A DNA stretch of 64,000 nucleotides, taken from the NCBI GenBank assembly GCA_964016885.1, contig OZ024740.1, positions 396,986,001 to 397,050,000 on the forward strand, in the 5' to 3' direction. The position numbers and the translations under genes are program-made. Source of the DNA: Eledone cirrhosa. Its lineage: Eukaryota. Under the pieces are notes generated by a model. That model saw nothing but the letters and a program-made list of their open reading frames with translations, had not been told where the DNA came from and did not search any database. Shown piece by piece: positions 1 to 14,029 of the stretch. Every line of letters begins with the position of its first letter. Position 1 is the first letter of the stretch.

Positions 1-2143
1 TCAGCATACAACCATCCAGCATACAGCCATCCAGCATGCAGCCATACAGCATACAGCCATTCAGCATACAACCATCCAGCATACAGCCATCCAGCATGCA
101 GCCATCCAGCATACAGCCATCCAGCATACAGCCATCCAGCATACAGCCATACAGCCATCCAGCATACAGCCATTCAGCATACAGCCATACAGCATACAGC
201 CATCCAGCATACAGCCATCCAGCATACAGCCATTCAGCATACAGCCATCCAGCATACAGCCATTCAGCATACAGCCATCCAGCATACAGCCATACAGCAT
301 ACAGCCATCCAGCATACAGCCATCCAGCATACAGCATACAGCCATACAGCCATCCAGCATACAGCCATCCAGCATACAGCCATCCAGCATACAGCCATAC
401 AGCATACAGCCATCCAGCATACAGCCATCCAGCATACAGCATACAGCCATCCAGCATACAGCCATCCAGCATACAGCCATCCAGCATACAGCATACAGCC
501 ATCCAGCATACAGCCATCCAGCATACAGCCATACAGCATACAGCCATACAGCCATCCAGCCATACAGCCATCCAGCGAGCATCCAACCATCCAGCCATCC
601 AGCATACAGCCATCCAGCATACAGCCATACAGCATACAGCCATCCAGCATACAGCCATCCAGCATACAGCATACAGCCATACAGCCATCCAGCATACAGC
701 CATCCAGCATACAGCCATCCAGCATACAGCCATCCAGCATACAGCCATCCAGCATACAGCATACAGCCATCCAGCATACAGCCATCCAGCATACAGCATA
801 CAGCCATCCAGCATCCAGCCATCCAGCATACAGCCATGCAGCCATCCAGCATACAGCCATTCAGCATACAGCCATCCACCATACAGCCATCCAGCATCCA
901 GCCATACAGCATACAGCCATACAGCCATACAGCCATTCAGCATACAGCCATCCAGCATACAGCCATCCAGCATACAGCCATACAGCCATCCAGCATACAG
1001 CCAGCATCCAGCCATCCAGCCATCCAGCATACAGCCATCCAGCATACAGCCATCCAGCATACAGCCATACAGCCATTCAGCATACAGCCATCCAGAATAC
1101 AGCCATCCAGCATCCAGCCATACAGCATACAGCCATACAGCCATACAGCCATTCAGCATACAGCCATCCAGCATACAGCCATCCAGCATACAGCCATACA
1201 GCCATCCAGCATACAGCCAGCATCCAGCCATCCAGCCATCCAGCATACAGCCATCCAGCATACAGCCATCCAGCATACAGCCATCCAGCATCCAGCCATA
1301 CAGCATCCAGCCATCCAGCATATAGCCATCCAGCATACAGCCATTCAGCATACAGCCATCCAGCATACAGCCATCCAGCATACAGCCATACAGCCATCCA
1401 GCATACAGCCATCCAGCATACAGCCATCCAGCATCCAGCCATCCAGCATACAGCATACAGCCATCCAGCATACAGCCATCCAGCATGCAGCCATCCAGCA
1501 TACAGCCATCCAGCATACAGCCATCCAGCATCCAGCCATCCAGCATCCAGCCATCCAGCATACAGCCATACAGCATACAGCCATCCAGCATACAGCCATC
1601 CAGCATACAGCAATCCAGCATACAGCCATCCAGCATACAGCATACAGCCATCCAGCATACAGCCATACAGCATACAGCCATCCAGCATACAGCCATCCAG
1701 CATACAGCCATACAGCATACAGCCATCCAGCATACAGCCATCCAGCATACAGCCATCCAGCATACAGCCATCCAGCATACAGCCATCCAGCATACAGCCA
1801 TCCAGCATACAGCAATCCAGCATACAGCCATCCAGCATACAGCATCAAGCCATCCAGCATGCAGCCATCCAGCATGCAGCCATACAGCATACAGCCATCC
1901 AGCATGCAGCCATACAGCATACAGCCATCCAGCATACAGCCATCCAGCATACAGCCATCCAGCATACAGCCATCCAGCATACAGCAATCCAGCATACAGC
2001 CATCCAGCATACAGCATCAGGCCATCCAGCATGCAGCCATCCAGCATGCAGCCATCCAGCATACAGCCATCCAGCATGCAGCCATACAGCATACAGCCAT
2101 CCAGCATACAGCCATCCAGCATACAGCCATCCAGCATACAGCC
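1..2143. repeat. Tandem satellite built from 7-nt CAGCATA and 8-nt CAGCCATC/CAGCCATA blocks (dominant 15-mer CAGCATACAGCCATC); runs off the left edge
   Basis: Directly visible. Ends abruptly at ...gcatacagcc|tgtcacaag. All ORFs in 36-2255 are translations of this repeat. Confidence 0.97.
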
Positions 2144-2957
2144 TGTCACAAGAGTTCATATGCTCAACTTGTTCAGCTATTTAATAGTCCAATCTGAATT
2201 AGCTTATAATAAGCTAAATCACTTTCAAAATTCAAATTCGCTCATCACTTCATAAATTGATTGCTTATTACATATATATATATATTGCTTTTATGGCCTG
2301 TATTTCCACTATAAATTACAGGGGTCAACTAACCAAATTTCATAGGGAAATGTATCATTTGTAACCTACTTACCCTTCTCGCCTACTTCCTATCCTCAAA
2401 AAGATGGGAGATAATTGAGTGAGTAATAGTCTTTAATTGAATATAATTTTGAAAACACTGAATTTTACATTCTATGAATTTTACATCATTAATTCATGTG
2501 TGACTACTGGGTCTCATTTTGAGGATTCATTTCTTCTAATGCCCTGTCATATTTAATACATTATCCCCAGGTGAACAATTGTGAACATCAAGTTAAAACT
2601 GATTTTAATGTATGAACATACCCTCCTACACTTACAGCATTCACAGACATTTCACAATGCATATACTATAGACACAAATATATACCATGTGCATATGCAC
2701 ACTACAGATGCCATAAACCCATAAACATAACAACACATCTTATATGACACATATCATACAATACTTCCTGAAATTTGCCTACACTACACCTGATATCCTC
2801 CCTCCATACACACGCACACATGTATTTCATGACTCATACACTGTTCATTTTCCTGACATTTGAACATTATTCTATGTACTATACATGCACCTTTGATGAG
2901 TTGTAGTGTACCTGAGCACTGTACACAATAATTTCATTAGTGTTATTATTATTATTA

Positions 2958-3050
2958 TTAACTTTGCCTTTCATCCTTACCGGGTCGATAAAATAAAGTA
3001 CCAGTAATGTACTGGGTAATTACTGGCCTTGTGCCAAAAGTAGAAACAAT
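2958..3050 (+). mobile_element. 5'-truncated copy of young tRNA-derived SINE (SINE-A)
   Basis: AACTTTGCCTTTCATCCTTAC.GGGTCGATAAAATAAAGTACCAG...GGCCTTGTGCCAAAAGTAGAAACA plus (ATT)n; matches the 3' half of the full copies. Confidence 0.9.
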
Positions 3051-3077
3051 TATTATTATTATTATTTTATTATTAAA

Positions 3078-3279
3078 GGGTGGTGGATTGGCAGTATCGG
3101 TAGAGGGTTGGTTGGACGCCATGCTTTGACGCACTGAGTTACGGCCCTTGCCATTCTGAGTTCAAATCCCGCCAAGGTTAACTTTGCCTTTCATCCTTAT
3201 GGGGTCGATAAAATAAAGTACCAGTAATACACTGGGGTAATATCTGGCCTTGTGCCAAAAGTAGAAACATTTATTATTA
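3078..3279 (+). mobile_element. Full-length SINE-A
   Basis: Pol III A-box-like TGGCAGTATCGG and B-box GAGTTCAAATCC; (ATT)n tail; TTATTATTAAA at 3067-3077 and 3280-3290 is a candidate TSD. The central CCTTTCATCCTT.CGGGGTCGATAAAAT..GTACCAG resembles the Meta/MESC-type SINE domain (from memory, unverified). Confidence 0.92.
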
Positions 3280-3394
3280 TTATTATTAAACTACATATAG
3301 ACGCACACTGAAGGAAAAGTTTAGGAATAAAGCATAAAATGTGTTCTCTGAAACAGAGAGGGGAGTAAACATGGGAAGGTGTAGGGGAGAAAAT

Positions 3395-3710
3395 GAGAGA
3401 GGGAAAGAAATAAGAAAGAGAGAGAGAGAGAGAGCTAGTGAGGAGCAAGAGAGAGAGAAAGAGAGAGAGAAAGAGAGAGATAGAGGGAGGGAGGGAGAGA
3501 GAGAGAAAGAGAGAGAAAGAGGGAGGGAGGGAGAGAGAGAGAGAGCTAGTGAGGAATGAGAGAGAGAAAGGGAGAGAGCTAGTGAGGAGCGAGAGAGAGA
3601 GAGCTAGTAAGGAGCAAGTGTGTGTGGGAGATAGTGAGAGCTAGTGAGAAGAGAGATAGTGAGAGCTAGTGAGAAGAGAGAGAGAGAGAGAGAGCTAGAG
3701 AGAGAGAGGA
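3395..3710. repeat. GA-rich compound microsatellite with interspersed GAGCTAGTGAG
   Basis: Directly visible. Confidence 0.9.
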
Positions 3711-4019
3711 GTGGAAGTTAAGTGTTGTTATCATGTAGGGAAAATGGACAAATAGACCAAATGCAACAAATATGATGTGACTAGGTATGATTAGAGAAAG
3801 AAAAAAAAATGATAAAGAAAGATAAAGAGATATTGGTAAAAGTAAGAGATTGTAACAGGAACTGGACTTGATATAGGATATAGGCAGAAATAAGATGCAA
3901 TGGAAAAATACAGATCACAATAACAGATGAAATTGAAGGCAATCATCAATAGAAAAACTAATTGCTAAGAGTACTGATTTACTTAGATGAAGCATGAGAC
4001 TTTTATGTTGTAGTGAATT

Positions 4020-4225
4020 TGTTGTTTTTGTTGTTCAGCTCCATATCAACCTTGATTGAATAAACTTATAATGAAAGGCTTTCCAACAATGACTTCCTCA
4101 TCATTTTTTCAGGATTAGTGACATTCAATGTCTTTTTTTTTTCTAAAACAGTAGAGTATTGTTATAAGGAAATTTAGCTGATATTTCTAGCGGATTGTGT
4201 GATTGAAGAGGTCTCCTTGTTGCTC
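4020..4225 (+). repeat. Old dispersed ~200-bp repeat (family X)
   Basis: Shared motif ...TTTAAGAYRGTAGGGTGTGATTTGAGGGAGATTTGGCTGCTATTTCTAGC...GACCATRTAGAGG. Diverged copies near 10900-11070, 21853-22060, 29510-29700(-), 30490-30690, 40150-40330, 44650-44810(-), 46900-47110, 59510-59680(-), 61290-61410. Confidence 0.7.
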
Positions 4226-5149
4226 GTGTTTGTGTTGTGGAATTGCAATGTTCACCTGTTTCCTCCAGACATTAGCAGCATTAGCTAATATAGAATAATT
4301 TTATTATAAATGAAATTTTAAACTGACTAACAGAGCTGGTTAACCTAGACCATGCACACAGGCCCCCACCTCTCTTGTCACTCCTAATGTTTGTCAGCTC
4401 TATACCCATTTCTTCCTCCTCAATGTCTTTCTCCGCTCATCCTGGAATTCACTCCCTCTTTTTGCTTTTGCTGTAGTCATCAACTTGTAGTTGTTAAAGA
4501 ATATCACTCACATTGATCTATTTCATCTGTCTTGGGAGATCTGCTAAGGCTATGAGTACAAGCCCTTCCTCCAGACAAGACAAGATCAGACCAACCCATT
4601 AAAAATAGAAAATCAGACAATACAACATAAATATTTTGTAGTTAGTGGTATAAAAAAGCCAAAATAGCTTCAACCCAAAATGTTCAACTATATTATAGCA
4701 GCAGTTTATTGGTAGTTTTCTTCAACTCTATGGGTTTATTTAATCATATAAGTACAAAGTCTCAGAGTTACAGGGAAATAAAGCAGGGATTATGCCATTA
4801 TCAAAAGCATTACTGCCAGAAATATAGTGAAATATCAGCCTAAAAATATAGAGAAATCAGAACCAAATTGTGTAGTTGTTTTGCAGGGAGTTTACATGCC
4901 CACTATTTTCTGATTTGGAAGTGTTTTTCATCTATTAATTAAGAGATAGAAAAAGAACTCAACACTGATAATGTTTAGCTCTTACTTAAAATAATATATC
5001 CTTTTGTTTGAACATAATAGTAATTATTCAACAGAGAGGTAGATAGGTAGATTGAGTATCTGATAGAATCTTGAAACTTGGGCTTGTCATAGGTAATACA
5101 ACTATGATCTCAGCTGGCTGTTATAGATATCAGCAATCTATACTATTGC

Positions 5150-5720
5150 TACCCAATGATACAAGTGCAGACAGCACAGATAAAACACTCTCTGGTCTGC
5201 AGAGCCCCAAGAGCAAGCTGCCTCGTGGTCTTAGTAGACAGAATGATAAAAAACATTTCCCACAGTGAAATAATCATTTCAACTTGAGGAGGGGGGGACA
5301 CTCCTGCAGTGACCAACTGCCCTAATAGCAATGAATAGGGAGGTGGTTCAGGGACCAAGAATGCTAGTCTCCATTGCTACAGGTTCAACAACATATCTAT
5401 CAGAAAGTGGCCAATACTTCAACACCTTGTAATCTTCAGCTTGCTGGGTTACGAAATGTGAGTCTGTTGCTAAATGCTGAAGAAAGTGCTGTTACATGTC
5501 ACATCCCAGATGATGGGCTTGCCATTACAGAAAAGGTTTATTGTGATGTGACCGAGTTTTTTAAAATCGCTTTGGACCAATTCTACTTGCTCAAGCTGTG
5601 AAGGGAAGCTAGTGGCATTGAAACCATGTTTAATGATCTTGTTGAGAGGAGCATGGCATGGAAGGCAACCAGCACTGTGACAGCATGATAGTGGGTGAAG
5701 GCTGAAAGCATCCACTGTAT
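5150..5720 (-). mobile_element. Degenerate 3' fragment of CRE-like non-LTR retrotransposon (zinc knuckle plus restriction-like endonuclease)
   Basis: ORF 5470-5736(-) reads HPLSCCHSAG...HAPLNKIIK...LEQVEL...GKPIIWDVTC, matching the HxLSC...RHxxN...EP...RPD...WDxT pattern of CRE-clade ORF C-termini. Similar to 42507-43124. Confidence 0.65.
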
Positions 5721-7882
5721 AGAAAATTGAAATCACCCTAGTACATTACTGGTGCTTGTTTTATCAACTTTACAATGGTAAAATGTAAAGGTGACTTAAT
5801 TTGAACTTGCAACTGAGAAGGTTGAAAGTAAACACTATAATGCAATTAATCCTACATCTTGGTCATCTACAATAATGACTAAAACATTTAACTGAATATT
5901 TACTGTCCTTCCATCATTGCTTCATGTTTCTCATGCTTTCATTCCAGAATATCCACAAATAAGAATCAATATTCTTTCTTAGTGGCAAGTTGGTTCTTGT
6001 GGTTTGAAATATCGATTACAAAACCAACTGGCTTTCTTTATCTCTTCCCAGTGTCATGTTTTCCATGAATTGTTCACTACTCTATGGCCATTTCTCAAAA
6101 AAATTTTCTATTTAGTTAAACTTCTTCAAACTACAGAAATCATTTTTTTAAATGTCTTTTCTTTTATAAAGAATAATTTATTTTTAAATGTATTCATTTC
6201 AATGAAATATATTCAAGTAATTATTAAAGTAATCTAAAAATATTCAAAGATGATAAACAGCCCAAATATTGGAAGAAAAGGTATATTAGAGAAAAATAAA
6301 ATCAAAGCATAGCAGTATATAAATATGTGCTGTGGCATAAGAGGAAATATTAATGATTAAGTTGGAAGTCAGTTACTGGGTTTTGTTTGTTTTACATTTA
6401 TGATGCTGAAATCAAAATATCACATTATTTATTTCGACTATTTTCTTTAACAACATATCTTTTTCCATGTTATATGCTAACAGTCTTATTCTTTAATGGA
6501 GGGAACTCTTGCAAACATCTTACTTTCTTTTCTGTGCAGAATGTCTGACTCAAACTATCACTCATCCCATATCCCTCCATAAATAATGTTATTTCTGATA
6601 TAATTTACTGGCTGTTTTCTGTTAAGATATCATGTCATATAATTCTTTACCTATATTATCCATCACTTTACCTATATTTACCCCATCACTGTGCTGTGCA
6701 ACATGATAATTGTCAATATATCATCTAGCAATGAATATATAATTTTCAATATGCTATGGGCCTATAGATTCATATTTTTCAATATAAATTGTAGAAATGA
6801 ATTTATTTTATATGACATACCAAGAGAATTGTTTGTTATGTGGCATTTTACACAATGGAGTTAATTTTTCTAATGTTCCAAATAAAAATAAATTTATCTG
6901 TATTAATGAACCATGGACTATTATATTTATCGTTTTAATGTCATACAAAAATAGGATTATCCTTTTTAATATGACACCTTGTGGTGAAATAATCCTTTAT
7001 ACATTTTGATATACAATGTAGCAATAGATTTATCCTTCTCAAACTTCTGCAGAATTATATATTGTGACCTAGAATAGTTTCAACTTTATCAAGGCTTTAG
7101 AAAAATGCATTCATGTGAAATTGATTGCTTGTCACAAATAATTGTCATCAGTTACAGTTAAATTATTTGATTATCAAATTAAATGTGACTTATAAAACTT
7201 AAGAATTATTTGTCTCTTTACTGGAACAACCAACAAATTTTATTATTTTTCTATTTTTAGCTTATGTAGTTGTTTGTCCTGAAGGTGCCATTCCAGTAGT
7301 AAAGAAATCAAAATATACAAACAATTATAAATTAACCTTCATCATTTATACATTTTCAACTGAGTTTACACATGCAATGTGTATTTTTCTACACTGTCCC
7401 AGAATTTACCTAGAGGCTGTCATTCAATCTTCAATGCCAAGCAGAATTTAGTTAACTTACATAGTGCCATTTCTATTAAAAACATATAAATCAGAAATCA
7501 TAAAAAAAATTATCTTTCCAAGAAAAAAATAGCAAATAGGAAAATAGAAGTAAAGTTAATAAAAATACAAAATTAAAAATGATTACAGAATTTGAAGTAC
7601 CATAAATTATAGTTTAATTTAAGATAATTTAATTCCTACAAGACTTCTACCTAATTAATGTATTTCCTTCTCGTATAAACCAGAATAATTTTCTTGCTGT
7701 GCATGATCTACAAATTAATTATTATTGAACACTTTCCCACCTCTTCACTATAAATTTGACTATTGCTACTATACGATGGGTACTTGACACCCACTTGTTC
7801 CTCCTCTATATATTGGATATTTAACTCTTCTCTCTACACAATGAATATATGGCCATTGATACCATACATATATATGTGTATG

Positions 7883-7923
<41 letters not shown>

Positions 7924-8050
7924 CGAGACAAACCACAAACCCTCCATCTTAATTTTACTTTTGAAAAGCATAAGAACTGTGACACTGGTAAAGGAAATAA
8001 ATAAATATTCTTAAAATGATTCCAGTTGCATTTTTGATTTCTTTTCCTTT

Positions 8051-8082
<32 letters not shown>

Positions 8083-8730
8083 CAACTAGAAATTGACTGA
8101 CATATATATATAAAATAAACATATGAAACAATCACAGGGAATATGGTGCATGTCTCTCAGACATGACACCCTTAATTTAATTTTGGATATATATACAGCC
8201 CCTTAATTGTAGAGCTAACTCAGTTGAATGGACTTGGCTGCTATTTCTAGGCGTCGATAATCCTATTCATACCACTGGGGTGACGCTGTGCGATGTGTGT
8301 ATTTAAAAAAAAAAAATGCAACATGTGGTACGAGTCATTCACAGATTTGCATTTGCTGTGTAAACACAGATAGTTGGATCTTCTCCTTTGGTGAACATCC
8401 GGGATTTGACTACTGTGGTTTACCGATTAATGATAAAATATATTTAATGAAATATATACAAAGGAGATTAATCATTTTTAAAGGTATCTATATTTGAAGT
8501 TTTAGTTAAACTTTAATTGGTTACCTACCTAGCTGTGTATGCTTACACTCTTTACAAATTATTCCCTGTGATTGTTTCATATGTTTATTTTATATATCTA
8601 TATGTCAATCAATTTCTAGTTGCTCGGATCTATTCATTGGAATCTTTGAGCTTATTCTGCAGTGGATATGGTGCATGTCTCTCAGACATGACAGCTTTAA
8701 TTTAATTTTGTATATATATATGTATATATA

Positions 8731-9140
8731 ACATTCAGTGTGCCGATTTTAATGGCTCTTCTCCAGGACAGAACTGTAGTCTTTATATTTGTCTCAGAGA
8801 CAGCTGATCCATCATCCACTGGCCCTCCCTGTGGCTCTAACCCAGCAGAGTCACAACGACCAGACTGCTCCTTGACAGTGTAGCTAAGGGCTCTAACCCT
8901 AGCGCTGTTAAATACACTCTCCATACACTCTTTCGATGGCTGATAATACCTTACCGGTGTCACTTGAGTAAGGTAATTATTTAACCCTTTAATTGGGCCC
9001 TAACAGGTACTACTACTCCGAGCCAGAGCAGACCTAGGAGTGATAACAACTAAGGGGCAACTCCACATTCCCCACAGCTCCTGCACTCCATAACTGGTGC
9101 CTTGCCACTGGATGCTTTTTAATGTCATACCCAGTACATA
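8731..9140 (-). mobile_element. 5' leader and first codons of an APE-type (RTE-like) LINE, truncated at a (TA)n tract
   Basis: ORF 8697-8963(-) ends ...RRAIKIGTLNV, the N-terminal APE motif (compare LRVGTINV and LRVATLNV in the two full LINEs), then runs into a TA repeat. GC-richer leader upstream. Confidence 0.6.
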
Positions 9141-11269
9141 TGTTAGACTACTTTCAGAGACAGGGTGCTACTTTTTAAAAAATTCTGACAATCTTTTATG
9201 ATATTGATCTAGCAAACCTGTTTAAATATCCACACATATTACACATATATATCTATACACACCATTTATTCCAGTGCACATTGGAACATAAAATAGGTGG
9301 AGACAAATTATGCCTATGAGAGAGAGAGATTTCTCATAGATAGATAGATAAATAGATAGCTTCCAATTTAGAAAGAATGATAAATTCTTTTTTAAGTTTC
9401 TGCTCAAGAAAGAATAATGTGAGAAAATTGAAGATATAAAATTACTGATATTAAAAAAGGAGAAAAGAAATATCTAGATTTAACTATACAGACATATCAC
9501 AAAGCTGTTGTTTAAGATAATTTTCTACAGACTATTTTTTTCTTCTATTTTTACAGTCTAGTGATATTGACTGATTTGATACCATGACACTAACTCCCAT
9601 AGATTACATTATAGATTTTGTTTTATTTTACAGAATATATTAGTTAAAAGAGAAAATTATAAGATCAAAGTTAAATCATATCCAGCAGCTGCTTCCGCTA
9701 TGAAAAATAACACTTGTTGCACTTCTTGTTTGTTTAAATGCAAAAGCTTTGAGAACTCTGACACTGACACATGTCCTATCTAATATAGTTACCAAATATC
9801 TTAATCTAATCTCAATTAAGTAGTTCAAAGAAATGCAGAGTCTAATCATTCACTTTACCTTGCTCCATATTACTTTTGACATAAACGAAAATACAATACC
9901 CCCAGTATGAACAATAACAGCATAAAAAAATAGCAGCAAGATGAAAAATGTTATAGAGATAATTTATATATGCCACTTGAAGAGCTAATACTATAGCTTA
10001 TTGTTCCTCCAAACAAATCCTTACCCTCTAGGTAGATATGAATGTATTGCATAGCATGACTATATATATTCAAATAACCACCCTGAAACTGTCCATGGTA
10101 CAAACTGCTGGTTTTTAAGTGTTTATATTTATCTAAAATCCTTCCATCATATTTGATAATTTATGTTCTAAAGACCAGCTGAACAACGAGAATGTAAACT
10201 ATGTTATGAAATCTCTCCAAATTTTTGATTATTTTTAAAATGCTTTAAAACTGTTTTTCATTAGAAATATGGTAATGAAAGCTCAACATACTGAAAATGT
10301 TTAGTTTTGTTGAGTAACACCAAATGTTAAAAGGAATATTCTCCATCAAGAGCTCAAAGTAGGTCAAACATAACATGAATGCATATCATAATGGGGAAGG
10401 TCCTATAGTTTCTTGAACTCTATAGCTATGAATTCCAGAACGTATTTGTTTATGACCATGTACTGGCTACTTATGTATCAGCTTCCCCATACTAAAAAGG
10501 CATTCAAAAGTATTTTCTATGTACAGACTACATAAAGAAAAGAAAATACCCAATTCAATTGAGCTGGTTACACCTACCAAATAATAATGATTCTTACAAA
10601 ATATGCTGTTTGAACTAATTTAAATACTTCAGAAAAATAAATCAATCAAATCTATAAACTAATATATTTCAGTACAATATCATTAAATATGAGTTGATTA
10701 TGGCTAGAATTTCTCAGAATATTTGAAGACACTCATCAGTAAGAATAGTTGCAAAGAAATGACATGTCTAAATGCTCTATAATGTTATTCAACAGCATCT
10801 CTAATTGTTTAATATAATTTTCTTGGATTAACTAATGCTGTCATCAGTTCTCTTAACAGAATTATTCTTCATTAACTAAGAGCTATAATTATTGTGATAA
10901 AATTTAGCTCCAGGTTGTCAGTCCTAATCCAGGAATTCCAATTGTGGCTACTGCATCTTATTTTATACATTATTCAATGTGTTCTCTTTTTTTAAGGCAG
11001 CAGTGTGCGATTTGAAGGATATTTGGCTGCTAGAAATAGCAACTACATGGAAGACTCTTCATTGGCTAGTTATTGGAATCTTTGTTTTCAGGTATGGAAT
11101 ATTGGAAATATTGAAGACCAGAAGATTGAATTGCCGGAATATCACACAGTGATAAATAAGCAACTCAGCTAAGTGTATAGCCTGGAATTATCTGACTGGA
11201 TACAATAATAATTCTCTAATAGTTTTGAAACTACTTCATTTACATTAATATTAATTTCCTTTGACTATT

Positions 11270-12830
11270 GAAAAGCAAGAAAGCAAAAATAACTACTCTA
11301 AGTAGTTGTTTTTGACATCACAAAGGCCTTGTGAGTAAAAAATAGCCTGTTCAAAATCCTCACCAGAAATGGTTGTCTCTCAGATTTCTCAAAATAGTTC
11401 AGTAATTTCACGTAGACATGAAGGTATCATTGAAGTCAATTGCTTTTCTTCCGAGGCTTTTAAAATCTGTAGTACTATGAAACAGGTCTGTGTTCTTGTC
11501 CCATCCTGTTTAACCCTTTCTCCACTGTTACAATGCTGAAGTACCTTTGCAACATCAACTGATAGTGTAGAACTTAGTGTGTTATTTGAAGTCTACGACA
11601 ATGCAAAACAGACAGTAAATTTCGAAAAATTTCAAGGCAACAAAGATGTTTGTGTGTTACTTGATAGTTTATTTATCTTAGATTTTGGGATTAAAATCCC
11701 TTTAAGAGAAGATTAAGAAACTGATTCAGAGCTGTACATGTTGGTTGTTATAGAGTCACCATCTTACTTTCTTTGTTTGGAAGCAGTGGTTTATCTATGC
11801 TGGAAGTGGCATAGATATGTGTATTAGGTGTGTGCAGGCATGTATATGTCAAATCTTGTGCATCTAGCTGTAATCGCCTGTTTTTGTTAGCTATTCTGGA
11901 CTGAGCTGTATGTGTGTGCATTTTTATGTCAAATAGTGTGTAATCATCTATTTATGTTAGCTATTCTGGATAGTGTTTACCAGTAAAAACAACAGGAAGC
12001 TGCTTAATCTGGCCTGGATTAGGACAAAAACAACTGTATATAAAGTACTTGGCAATATACTCTGAGGAACAACTACAACTCCTCATAAATAGCTTTTCAA
12101 AAGCTTGCCAAGACTTCAAAAGCTTGCCAAGACTTCAAAAGCTTGCCAAGACTTCAGTTTGACTGTCAGCCTGAAAAAAACCTACAAGTGTTTGGCCTCA
12201 GTGTTGAACACCAGCATGTCATTACTATCAACAACTGTTGTAGATTGGCTTCACCCTTCCAAAGACCCTCTTTCCAGACTTTGAGTGAACTGATGCACCA
12301 GAAGAGCTGCTTTAATATTCTAAAGGCTGTCAAAAAGGGTTTAGAAGAATACCAAGACAAGGAAACCCAACAAGGTTGCTGTCTACAGAATTTCTATGCT
12401 CAGCCCTGCTTTATGGCAGTGAGAACATCTAACTTTTCTGCTTGAGATGCATTCTGCCCACCACGTGAACCAGCCAAGTAAACAACAATGAGGTTCTGGT
12501 CCAAACCTAGATACCCAGCTTCACAAACTTGCCCCCAAAATGGTGGCTAGGCTATGTACATAACACATCAGATGGGAAATTCCTGATAGAAGGAGCTAGC
12601 ATCTAGTAAAAGAGCACAAGAGTAACCCATCTTCATTTCAAAGATTTCTACTGGAGAGACATAAAGTCATGGAATATGAGTATCAAAAGGTGGGAGAATC
12701 TTGCAAGCAATCATTTTCACTGGAGGTTGAAATGAGACAGGAGTAAAAAAATGGAGAAGAGAAGCCAAGGCTTTCTGCTGAAGAGAAGTACGCTTGATGA
12801 AAAAACAGTTCCAGGAAAAAACTGGCAATC
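11270..12830 (+). mobile_element. Highly degraded BovB-like RTE LINE remnant, interrupted at about 11600-11990
   Basis: Broken-frame motifs: DITKA..., KQxCVLxPxLF, YSEEQLQLLINSFSKACQDF, LTVSLKKT, LYGSE, LHFKDFYWRDIK...WENLASNHFHWR. Confidence 0.7.
12096..12156. repeat. 19-bp tandem triplication TTCAAAAGCTTGCCAAGAC inside the BovB-like remnant
   Basis: Three exact copies visible. Confidence 0.9.
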
Positions 12831-14029
12831 ATCAAATGCAGGAGTGGGCCTCTACATAAAAAACAGATACTGGCCAGTCAATTTTGTTTGAGAAGTCACA
12901 GGAGTAATTTTTGTAGTATAGTGTTAGAGTGAATTTGAAAGAATCTTGTACATTATCGGTGTATATTTCCTTAATACCATGAGAATAAAAGGCAAATTGT
13001 TCTCTGACAAATTTAAAGAGGAATGTAAATAAATACTGTAAGACATTTACACTTGTGATAATTTGCCACCAATCAGTTATACAAATATTGATGATTTCTG
13101 AACTATATGTAAAGTGTTAAGCAAATAGATGAAACAGTGTAGGTCAGGAAACACTGCATTCCCTCCCAACACACACTTACTTTATATAAAGATGACCTCC
13201 ATATCAAAAGTTTCAGACTAATGTTCAAAATAGAATAAAGTAGATAAGGAGCAATGTTATACAGCAAAATTAGCCAACCAATGTTAGCTAGGGAAAACAG
13301 ATGATGATGATGATTATAAATATTTATTTCTCAAATAGTAAAATAACAAAACATGTCTTGAGAGAAGAACAGACTACATTGCATTAGTCCAAAACTTGAA
13401 ATAACATTTTTTTCCATTATGTGCATAAGATGAAAATAAAACAAACTAACATAGGAGATTTATCTTAAAATAAAAATACTCAGAGAAAACAGTTGTGTTA
13501 CATGAAATAAGTAAAGATTAGGGAATATATAGCATGAGAAGCTTATGATTTTGGACATAAATATTTGATATTAAAAAAATAGATAAAAAATTATATAAAA
13601 ACAGAACACAAGTCTTGAAGGATTAAAGACAGAAAGAAATTAAATGTGTGATAAGAACAGAAAGAATGAGGTTGAGCTAGGCAATGCTCTATAGAGAATA
13701 TTGAATATTTTCTAATTTCACTTGTATCAGTTTATACTCTTATTTATATATATATATATATTTTTATAATGGTTGAGATTCAGTCTAAAATTAAAGATAT
13801 GTATAGAGCAACAATGAAAACAAAAACCGTTCGTAGTAAAGGCTGTCAGCAATAGGTGTTGTTTTTCTCTCAGTGAGAATATTTTTAAGGATAACCCAAC
13901 AAATAAGTGAGGTAAAATTTAATATTGTTTTTTGAGATTTGAAGTAAATCCTTGAATGCATACAATCCAAACATACAGACATAAAATCACCAATTTCCAA
14001 AATTTGCTTTCCTTTACACACACACATGC

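Noticed and set aside
36-2255. Long ORFs of 200-450 aa on both strands
   Set aside because: Translations of a nearly stop-free satellite; frame switches follow block indels; no signal peptide or gene structure.
3078-3180. tRNA gene (A and B boxes)
   Set aside because: The boxes belong to a multi-copy SINE head with body, tail and TSDs; no complete cloverleaf.
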